Below are positions 1 through 6,693 of a DNA stretch of 25,270 bases, in pieces. Where the stretch lies: the IMG/VR virus record IMGVR_UViG_3300025645_000415, positions 1-25,270 of that record. The stretch is one strand, 5' to 3'. A model generated the notes under the pieces. It saw nothing but the letters and a program-made list of their open reading frames with translations, was not told the origin of the DNA and ran no database searches. The DNA comes from a virus. Taxonomy: Duplodnaviria > Caudoviricetes. Made by a program: the position numbers and the translations under genes. Each line of letters begins with the position of its first letter. Position 1 is the first letter of the stretch.

Positions 1-646
1 CTGTGTTTCTTAATTTAAGAATACTTAAAAAGTTTTTCGCCCAAAATTGGTCATCTCTTAAATCTTTTGCCACGTTGTAAACATCTCGTAAATTATATTT
101 ATCAATGCGCTGAATTTTATCTAAGCATTCCAACCATTTGTTTTTTTGCGCTTTTGTTTTCGGTCTATAATTTAAAGGAAAAAGGCTTATGAAATGTGGA
201 AACGCCTTTTCAGTAATCTCAGTAAATAAAGGCGCTTTTACATTTCGTACATTATTCTTTTTTATATTATTTATATTATTATATTTATATATAACCTTGC
301 GCTTTTCGTCAATAGGGGTATTGATCTTTTCGTCAATAGGTATTGCGCTTTTCGTCAATAGGGTAGAAATGTAAATTCTTCTCTCTTTTATATTCTTTGT
401 TCCCTTTTCATAAATCATTTTTATTTTTAGAAATTTGTTTCTTTCTAAATTAGAAACCCATCGTGAAACAGTAGATTTTGAAACCTGGTAAAGTTGTGCA
501 AAATATTCATTTGAGGCGTAACAATAGCCTTTTTCATTTGCCAAGGCGGTAAGTTCGCCGTACATTAATTTTTCGTTAGCCTTTAAATTTTTAGAATATC
601 TTACCTCTGCCGGTATAACGGCATAATAGTTTTTCTTGTTTTCCAT
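1..646 (-). CDS. Phage replication initiator (N-terminal winged HTH, replisome-organizer type); truncated at window edge
   Basis: Not in the ORF track. Manual translation from ATG at 646 is open to base 1: MENKKNYYAVIPAEVRYSKNLKANEKLMYGELTALANEKGYCYASNEYFAQLYQVSKSTVSRWVSNLE..., the typical N-terminus of HTH_36-type phage initiators. Contains internal iterons. Confidence 0.85.
   Translation of the reverse strand, partial: MENKKNYYAVIPAEVRYSKNLKANEKLMYGELTALANEKGYCYASNEYFAQLYQVSKSTVSRWVSNLERNKFLKIKMIYEKGTKNIKERRIYISTLLTKSAIPIDEKINTPIDEKRKVIYKYNNINNIKKNNVRNVKAPLFTEITEKAFPHFISLFPLNYRPKTKAQKNKWLECLDKIQRIDKYNLRDVYNVAKDLRDDQFWAKNFLSILKLRNT
302..362. repeat. Three identical 15-bp direct repeats CTTTTCGTCAATAGG (iterons), putative replication origin
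   Basis: Copies at 302-316, 326-340 and 348-362 (start-to-start 24 and 22 bp), next to a nearly pure A/T tract at about 251-293, inside the initiator gene as in lambdoid origins. Confidence 0.8.
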
Positions 647-661
647 TTTGAAAAAATATTT

Positions 662-907
662 TTACAAATTTAGCTGATATTTTATTGAATCGCAAAATTT
701 TCTTAGTTCTTCAAAGATTTTTTTAAAATCTTCCAAAGGTATTTCGCTATCCTCGTACTTATACCAAAGCAACTCAATCAGTAGATCAAACTCAACTCGT
801 GTTGATTTTCCGATATAACTATAATTAGTTATTTTATCTGTTGTTGAACTTTGCGTATATCGCACTTTTTGTTTTTCAGCGTCAAAGTAAATGGTTTTAT
901 ATTGCAT
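662..907 (-). CDS. Hypothetical phage protein (81 aa)
   Basis: ORF track; tightly packed in the early operon with an A-rich leader. No motif recognised. Confidence 0.7.
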   Translation of the reverse strand: MQYKTIYFDAEKQKVRYTQSSTTDKITNYSYIGKSTRVEFDLLIELLWYKYEDSEIPLEDFKKIFEELRKFCDSIKYQLNL

Positions 908-913
908 TTTTTT

Positions 914-1285
914 TTAATTTTTAAAGTAATTATCGATAGCTTCTTTACAATCGTCAAAGTTATTTAACCAAATAGCCTCCCAATTGCATTTTTCAAGCCA
1001 TTTAAGCCATTCTTTTTGCTTTGGTGTAGGTTTGTTATACTTATATTTTAATTCTATCGCTAAACCGCTTCTTTTTGAGTTTGGCGTAAAAATAAGTAAA
1101 TCAGGAATACCCGGCTTTGTGCCAAGATATTTTAATTTGTATTGTTCAAAAGGCGACCTTTTACCCTCATTCATAGGATGCGTAAAAATTGCATCAGGAT
1201 ATTGCATCTGAATATAATTAATTACGGCTCTTTGGAGTAAATCCTCGCCCTTTAAATACTTTTGATATGGATTTGTCCTAGCCAT
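914..1285 (-). CDS. VRR-NUC domain nuclease (putative Holliday junction resolvase)
   Basis: E..LQ..V, H.MNEGKRS, G..PGIPDL, IELK, PTPKQKEW motifs typical of phage VRR-NUC (PD-(D/E)XK) proteins. Confidence 0.88.
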   Translation of the reverse strand: MARTNPYQKYLKGEDLLQRAVINYIQMQYPDAIFTHPMNEGKRSPFEQYKLKYLGTKPGIPDLLIFTPNSKRSGLAIELKYKYNKPTPKQKEWLKWLEKCNWEAIWLNNFDDCKEAIDNYFKN

Positions 1286-1428
1286 TAAATTGCGTTGTCT
1301 AAAACCTCTATAATATGCCTAATCTCAGAGCGTTCTAATTCCGCAAAAAACATTTTGTTGCCTTTGTAGATTGTTACGTTGTAATGATGCTTTTTTGATT
1401 TTTCAATTTTTATTTCTAATTCGTCCAT
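1285..1428 (-). CDS. Small hypothetical protein (47 aa)
   Basis: Manual: MDELEIKIEKSKKHHYNVTIYKGNKMFFAELERSEIRHIIEVLDNAI*. Its stop overlaps the next start (TAATG) and it fills the gap exactly. Confidence 0.7.
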   Translation of the reverse strand: MDELEIKIEKSKKHHYNVTIYKGNKMFFAELERSEIRHIIEVLDNAI

Positions 1429-1895
1429 AGTAAAGGTTTTTTATTTTGTGTTAATGTTTCTGTTGTAATTAAATCGTCAGATTCAAATTCTGCCAACAAC
1501 TTTTGTTTTTCTTTTTTATCTAAATAATCGTTTCTTTTCTGTCTTAGTCTTTTTAACTTTATTAAAAGAATATTCATTTCACTTTCAATATCAGAAATTA
1601 CAACCTCTTGATTCGCCATAAAAAAAATTCCCTCGATTTTGTTATACATTTCTTTAAAGTGCAAATCATACTTTAATAAATCTTTTGCAGTCCTAACGTG
1701 ATGAACTACTGTTGCGTGATTCATACCTAAAAAACTACCAACCTTTGCATAACGAAATCCTTTTACTTCATAAAAAGCCAATAAGCAAAATATTTTTTTA
1801 ACATCAACAACCTCTCTAATTCTACTTTTTGATGTAGGATCAAACTTTAAATTTCTTATAATTAAGTTTCTTAATAATTCTAAATTTTCAATCAT
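1416..1895 (-). CDS. DnaA C-terminal (domain IV)-like HTH protein with coiled-coil tail
   Basis: SRIREVVDVKKIFCLLA...YAKVGSFLGMNHATVVHHVR matches the DnaA domain IV pattern R....ARQ.AMYL...IG..F.G.DHTTV.H. No AAA+ domain. Confidence 0.75.
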   Translation of the reverse strand: MIENLELLRNLIIRNLKFDPTSKSRIREVVDVKKIFCLLAFYEVKGFRYAKVGSFLGMNHATVVHHVRTAKDLLKYDLHFKEMYNKIEGIFFMANQEVVISDIESEMNILLIKLKRLRQKRNDYLDKKEKQKLLAEFESDDLITTETLTQNKKPLLWTN

Positions 1896-1903
1896 ATAAT
1901 ATT

Positions 1904-2686
1904 TTATAAAATTAAACTTCCATCCTCTGAAAACTCATTCCAGTTATAACCTGAAACAATTCCAGTTTCTTTATATATTTTCCAATCGCTAAACGCTCTT
2001 TTCCAACCTCTACGCCCTTGGTCAATCATTTCCTCACTTAATCCGTAAACCTCTACTGAAAAAGGATAATTAGTTTCAACCGCTATAAATCTAAAATTTT
2101 CAGCCGGTATTCCTAACATATCAGAATAAAATGCGCATTGTAAGTGATACCCATATTTGTAAACATCTCTTTTAAACGCCATTGGTGCATTATCTTGGCA
2201 AGTTTTAACATCGCTAATAAAGTTCTCAACTCTATTTAAACAATCAGGCCTCACTCTAACTTGCAAACCCTCGTGTTCTAAATAATGCGACAATTCAATT
2301 TCGCCTTTGCAGTATTTTTGTGCTAAATCGTGATTTCTAAAGTTGTTAAGAATCGCAGTTATTTTTTGGTGCTCATCAAATCCAACTAATTGTTTTCCTT
2401 CCGCCTTTTCTTTTTCAATGGCAAATTGCTCTTTTCCCGCCTTTGTACGTCTGTCAATCTTTGGCATAACGTGAAAGTCTTTATAATACAATTCAGGCTC
2501 TAGCATTGCGCAATGTACCGCAGTACCCAACGCCATTGCAGATGATTCAAAAGGTTTTTGATTTAAAAAGTGATAAACCGATTTTTTAAATATTGCTTTT
2601 AACCCTGATGCGCTTATTCCAGGCGATGAATGATAATCCTCGTTTGTATCAAATAACGCTTTTACTTCTTTTTGTTTTGTTTCCAT
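1904..2686 (-). CDS. RecE/exonuclease VIII-like PD-(D/E)XK exonuclease (DUF3799-like)
   Basis: YH...GIS.SGLK, A..LGTAVH..LEP, R.RPD, I.DVKT, Y.YHLQ.AFY motifs. Confidence 0.85.
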   Translation of the reverse strand: METKQKEVKALFDTNEDYHSSPGISASGLKAIFKKSVYHFLNQKPFESSAMALGTAVHCAMLEPELYYKDFHVMPKIDRRTKAGKEQFAIEKEKAEGKQLVGFDEHQKITAILNNFRNHDLAQKYCKGEIELSHYLEHEGLQVRVRPDCLNRVENFISDVKTCQDNAPMAFKRDVYKYGYHLQCAFYSDMLGIPAENFRFIAVETNYPFSVEVYGLSEEMIDQGRRGWKRAFSDWKIYKETGIVSGYNWNEFSEDGSLIL

Positions 2687-2693
2687 TTGTTTT

Positions 2694-2792
2694 TTATTTA
2701 ACGATTGATGTTATAAAAAGAATAATTATTGCCACTATTACTGATAGCAATAAATAAGTTGTTAATCCTACTCTAGTTTTTGATTTATTCAT
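2694..2792 (-). CDS. Small single-pass membrane peptide (32 aa)
   Basis: Manual: MNKSKTRVGLTTYLLLSVIVAIIILFITSIVK*; fits between neighbouring genes with few-bp gaps. Confidence 0.55.
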   Translation of the reverse strand: MNKSKTRVGLTTYLLLSVIVAIIILFITSIVK

Positions 2793-2796
2793 ATTT

Positions 2797-2937
2797 CTAC
2801 AATCTATTATCACAGATATAATCTGTCTGTTCTTTTAATATTTGTTGTAATTTTTCGTTTTGTTTTCCTAATTTTTTGTTTTGTTTTTGCAACGCTTCAA
2901 CTTGCATTGTTAAAAATTTAATCAATTCTTTTTCCAT
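2797..2937 (-). CDS. Small coiled-coil protein (46 aa)
   Basis: Manual: MEKELIKFLTMQVEALQKQNKKLGKQNEKLQQILKEQTDYICDNRL*; heptad pattern; first ORF after a putative promoter. Confidence 0.6.
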   Translation of the reverse strand: MEKELIKFLTMQVEALQKQNKKLGKQNEKLQQILKEQTDYICDNRL

Positions 2938-2964
2938 AATTTAAGATTTTAAATGTTAATATTT

Positions 2965-3003
2965 GCCTAAATTAAAAAAATACTTTCAATTAAAAAAATA
3001 ATT
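2965..3003 (-). promoter_or_regulatory. Putative early promoter (Bacteroidota -7-like TAATTTAG)
   Basis: Minus strand ATTATTTTTTTAATTGAAAGTATTTTTTTAATTTAGGC, closely resembling the element at 4188-4227. Confidence 0.5.
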
Positions 3004-3006
3004 TAT

Positions 3007-3038
3007 AAAAAAAAGCGATTCCAATTTGAAACCGCTTA
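3007..3038 (-). terminator. Intrinsic terminator after ssb
   Basis: Minus strand AAGCGGTTTCA-AAT-TGGAATCGCTT (stem with two G-U pairs) followed by a T tract. Confidence 0.65.
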
Positions 3039-3060
3039 TTGATTTTTGTTTGTCAATTAC

Positions 3061-3333
3061 CTAAAATGGTAAATCATTTACTGGCGCTGCCGCTTGTGCT
3101 TTTTGCTCAGTTTGTGCCTCTGGTTTCCACGTATTAACAGAAACAGAAACATCCTTTCCGTATTGGTCAGCCTCTTTTTTATCGCTGATATTTAATTTTA
3201 CATATTTTTTTCCTTCATATTCAAAAATATGTTCTGCCGGTAGATTTGACAGATTAATTGTTACGGCTCTAAAAGTTCCGTACTCTCCTTTTACTTGCTT
3301 ACCGCCTCCGCAGTAGATTGTCTCTTTACTCAT
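3061..3333 (-). CDS. ssb: Putative single-stranded DNA-binding protein
   Basis: Small beta-rich body, Ala/Gln linker and SSB-type C-terminal tip NDLPF; directly downstream of the Sak gene. Confidence 0.7.
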   Translation of the reverse strand: MSKETIYCGGGKQVKGEYGTFRAVTINLSNLPAEHIFEYEGKKYVKLNISDKKEADQYGKDVSVSVNTWKPEAQTEQKAQAAAPVNDLPF

Positions 3334-3340
3334 TGTTTTA

Positions 3341-3964
3341 CTATTTTAAATTAAACTTATTTATTATTTGTTCTCTGTAATCTTTTTTCATTTTATACGC
3401 AATTAAAACCTTTTTCGATTGGTCTTTTGTACCCTTTAAAGTTGCGTTTAGTTGTGATTCAGTTAGCCATTGTCTGTCGTCTGTTGGCGTTTTTGTAGTT
3501 GGTTGGTTATCTGATTGGTTTATGTGTTTAGTAATATCCCAAACTTTTTTTCCATTATAATCAACTACATTTGGGTAATTGTTTGAAGTTTTTGCAACAT
3601 CTGCTTTTAAGTAAACCATTTTTTTAGAATATAAAAATCTACCAATTCCAAATTTAACTGCTGCCCTTTTAAAAGCGTCTGAACTTTGACCTTTTTGCGC
3701 TTCAACATTACTTTCGCTTCCGGCATCAGATCTTTTATATTCAACACCATCAGCGTAAATTGTAATTTCACAAAAAAGCATCCCATTTACAGAATAATAT
3801 CTATCTGACCAATTACAATGATTATCAAGAACATCTTGAACGTCTCTACTATCAATGTAGGCAACACAAGTCGCCTGAGCCTTATGTTTACTAAAACTTT
3901 GCACCCTCCATTTATAGGGTATTTCTTTTTTTAATTCTTGTTGAATTTCTTTAAATGTTTTCAT
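3341..3964 (-). CDS. sak: Rad52/Rad22-family ssDNA annealing protein (Sak)
   Basis: WRVQ...AYIDSRDVQDVLD...W...D.G.ESN.EA.KG..SDAFKRAAVKFGIGRFLY is the Rad52-like Sak signature. Confidence 0.88.
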   Translation of the reverse strand: MKTFKEIQQELKKEIPYKWRVQSFSKHKAQATCVAYIDSRDVQDVLDNHCNWSDRYYSVNGMLFCEITIYADGVEYKRSDAGSESNVEAQKGQSSDAFKRAAVKFGIGRFLYSKKMVYLKADVAKTSNNYPNVVDYNGKKVWDITKHINQSDNQPTTKTPTDDRQWLTESQLNATLKGTKDQSKKVLIAYKMKKDYREQIINKFNLK

Positions 3965-3969
3965 AAAAT

Positions 3970-4167
3970 TTAAAAATTTAAGGTTAATTCTATTCCGTTT
4001 AAATTAAATTCAGCGCCTTGTAATATTGACACTTCATTAATTGTAAAAGATTTCGGATTTTGTAAGCGTGATTTAAGTGTTGGCATTGTGCAATTTAGCA
4101 ACCTACAAACATCATAACGCTTTAAATTTAGCCGTTTCATTTCGGCCTTAAAGTTGTTTTCAAACAT
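3970..4167 (-). CDS. Cro-like HTH transcriptional regulator
   Basis: 65 aa; KRYDVCRLLNCTMPTLKSRLQNPKSFTINEV is an XRE/Cro-type HTH; first gene after the early promoter. Confidence 0.7.
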   Translation of the reverse strand: MFENNFKAEMKRLNLKRYDVCRLLNCTMPTLKSRLQNPKSFTINEVSILQGAEFNLNGIELTLNF

Positions 4168-4187
4168 ATTTTCTATTTATTTTGTTA

Positions 4188-4227
4188 CGCAAAAATAAAA
4201 AAAAACTTTCAAATAAAAAAATTATTT
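4188..4227 (-). promoter_or_regulatory. Putative early promoter, Bacteroidota -7 box TATTTTTG
   Basis: Minus strand TTTGAAAGTTTTTTTTTTATTTTTGCG, matching TAnnTTTG, about 22 nt upstream of the ATG at 4167. Confidence 0.6.
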
Positions 4228-4228
4228 T

Positions 4229-4267
4229 TAAAAAAACCGCCGAGTAACAAAGTTGTTAAACGACGGC
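4229..4267 (-). terminator. Intrinsic terminator ending the late (tail) operon
   Basis: Minus strand GCCGTCG-TT-TAACA-ACTT-TGTTA-CT-CGGCGGT followed by TTTTTT. Confidence 0.7.
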
Positions 4268-4293
4268 TGACAAACAAAACAAAAGAAAAAAGT

Positions 4294-6684
4294 TTAATTT
4301 ATTATGTTGGTTGTTGGTGTATCGTCATCATTGTTTGGTAAATGAGATACAACTTTAAACTCTGCATTTTTTACGTTATAAGTAAGGCCATCAATTATTG
4401 ATGATTGTGGGTCAAATTCATTAGCCGAAAAGTAATGCCATATTTTATTATGAATAGACATCGGCTCTCTTTTTAAGTTTCTAAAAGTTCCGGTGTATCT
4501 TGTTACAAAGTTTCTGTAATCATTGGATATATTTTTTCCTATAACAGTCATTAAATCAATACTAAAAGGCTTAAAAGATGTTTGAGGATAGGCGCCTCTT
4601 GTTCTAAAATACCCTGATTTTTGGTCAGGTATTCTAGTAACTTTTTTAATGTTAGTATTTATTCCTACGTTAGTTAATTTAGATATAAATTTTTGGTCAG
4701 ATTCACTAGCTGATGTTTTAGATTGTAGGATTTGAAAATTATCATAATAAGTTGTGTCATATTCAGTATTTGAACATTGTGTATTGGATATAAAAAACTT
4801 AATAGTTGCGCTTGTACTTGTACCAATGTTTATATCAGTATCATTTAAAGCAATATTAACATCAATCCACTTATTAGCAAATTCTGTTGTTATTGTATTC
4901 GTGCCAAAATAGGTTGATGAAAATTTACCAATTTCAGAATTCCAATAATACCCAGTACCATTTACAAACGTAAATATTGTATAACTTAAATTTGATGAAA
5001 TATTTGGATTTTGTGAATTTAAAAAATGAACATAATATTTTACTTTACAAGTAAAGTCAGAATATTTTACCTCTTGTGGATTAAAAGCATCAGTTTCAAA
5101 AGAAAACATTTGCGTAAATCCAGTAGTAGGAGCAAAATCTGCTAGTTTCATTGACCGCCTACCTTGAAAGGATATTTCATCAGTTGCAATTTCTGCGTAA
5201 TATGGTAATGCAGTTACCTCAAATGTACAAGGGACACCAATACCACCATCAAAAATGCTTAAAATATCTCCTATTAAGTAACCAGTTCCATTAGTAACAA
5301 CTACAAGAGATTGTACTCCGCCTCCTGAAATAGTAGCCTCAACGACCATACCGCTTCCACTACCATCATAAATATTATAATTTCTAGTGCCACTTGCAAA
5401 ACCACTACCAGGATTTGTAATGTTTAAAGTAGGCGGTAAAGAGGTATTAACAAAAATATCAAAACCATAATCTCCATACTCAAAACCTGAGTTATAAAAT
5501 GCGTTTTTTGTTTTTAAATATTTTCCAAGAATATGAACTTCAGATGCCGGTTGTAAAAATTCCCTTGACAAACTGTTTCCGGTTTGTATTAAATCTTTTT
5601 TATTACTGTAAAGAACTTGTTTTCTTTCTGTTCCAATATTAGCACCTAAATAATTATATTTTCTAAAATCTAAATATTCTTTTGAAGTGCTTTCTAATTG
5701 TGTTGTAATTTTATCTCTTATATTAGTTGGAGTTGTTCCGGATTGCACCTCATTGTAAATCATATCTTTAACGTAATAGTCAAAAATATTTGTTACTTCA
5801 ACGATATGCCATTTATTATAAGATTGGAAAATTCTTAAATTATATTGTCTAAGTATTAATTCAAGTTGTTCTTTTGCATTTAGCAATCCATAATCGCCAG
5901 TCATTTCATCAAATCCAAAATCTAAAGTTGTAATATTTTCATAATCAGTAGACGCAAAAGGTAAAAATGTTCTAAATTTTATGTCTGACGCTATATGAAT
6001 ATCTAAATAAAGATTTAAATTTTCTAATATTTCAGTAATACGTTGCAGATTTGTTTTACTTATTGGCGCATTGTTGTCATTATAGCCTATTGGACTATCA
6101 AAATTGTTTAGAGTACCTAAACCATCAAAAGCGTTAAAACTTACCGCAAATGGCGGTGTAATCATTTTCTCTTTGTATCTGTCTACAACTAAAAACCCTG
6201 ACCAATATTCTGCCCAATTCGTATAGCGTTCTGTAATTTTATCAGAAATACAACCAATTGATTCAAAAGATCCTCCTACATCTAAAACATTACGTCTAAA
6301 ACTTGTTGATGTTGTTAGTGTTGGGTCAATAGCACTATCTACGCACTCAATGGACTCAATATTTCCTCCATCATCTGAAACCCTATCAGAATATAAACCG
6401 CCTTGTGTTTGATTGTAATAAACGACAACTTTATATTCTCTTTCGTCAAACTTGTAAAAATCATCATAAGTAACGTCATCGGTAACAAATAGATTTAATT
6501 GACATTTTGAGCCTATAATTGGACTATAAAAATCGTTAGATGATTGCCAAGATATTGAAACCGGATTCGCGCCTCCTATCATTGGAAGTATATCGCCGGT
6601 ATAATCTTTTTTTAATATTTCAATTTTTTTCCCATATCCTAAAACATCGGAAAACTCTAATCTGTATTTTACGCCGTATGCCAT
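4294..6684 (-). CDS. Tail-tip / distal tail-hub structural protein (796 aa)
   Basis: Directly after the tape measure gene. MAYG.KYRLEF, I.GSKC, W.GF, A.DGLG.L motifs recall post-TMP proteins of Bacteroidota siphoviruses; internal NSGFE...YYDNF carbohydrate-binding-like module. Confidence 0.7.
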   Translation of the reverse strand: MAYGVKYRLEFSDVLGYGKKIEILKKDYTGDILPMIGGANPVSISWQSSNDFYSPIIGSKCQLNLFVTDDVTYDDFYKFDEREYKVVVYYNQTQGGLYSDRVSDDGGNIESIECVDSAIDPTLTTSTSFRRNVLDVGGSFESIGCISDKITERYTNWAEYWSGFLVVDRYKEKMITPPFAVSFNAFDGLGTLNNFDSPIGYNDNNAPISKTNLQRITEILENLNLYLDIHIASDIKFRTFLPFASTDYENITTLDFGFDEMTGDYGLLNAKEQLELILRQYNLRIFQSYNKWHIVEVTNIFDYYVKDMIYNEVQSGTTPTNIRDKITTQLESTSKEYLDFRKYNYLGANIGTERKQVLYSNKKDLIQTGNSLSREFLQPASEVHILGKYLKTKNAFYNSGFEYGDYGFDIFVNTSLPPTLNITNPGSGFASGTRNYNIYDGSGSGMVVEATISGGGVQSLVVVTNGTGYLIGDILSIFDGGIGVPCTFEVTALPYYAEIATDEISFQGRRSMKLADFAPTTGFTQMFSFETDAFNPQEVKYSDFTCKVKYYVHFLNSQNPNISSNLSYTIFTFVNGTGYYWNSEIGKFSSTYFGTNTITTEFANKWIDVNIALNDTDINIGTSTSATIKFFISNTQCSNTEYDTTYYDNFQILQSKTSASESDQKFISKLTNVGINTNIKKVTRIPDQKSGYFRTRGAYPQTSFKPFSIDLMTVIGKNISNDYRNFVTRYTGTFRNLKREPMSIHNKIWHYFSANEFDPQSSIIDGLTYNVKNAEFKVVSHLPNNDDDTPTTNIIN

Positions 6685-6693
6685 TCTTTTTTT

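Noticed and set aside
302-362. Short repeat array as a mini-CRISPR
   Set aside because: Repeats of 15 bp with 7-9 bp gaps are too short, lie inside a CDS, and no cas genes are present; iterons fit better.
189-374. Plus-strand 61-aa hydrophobic ORF
   Set aside because: Antisense shadow of the replication initiator and its AT-rich origin tract.
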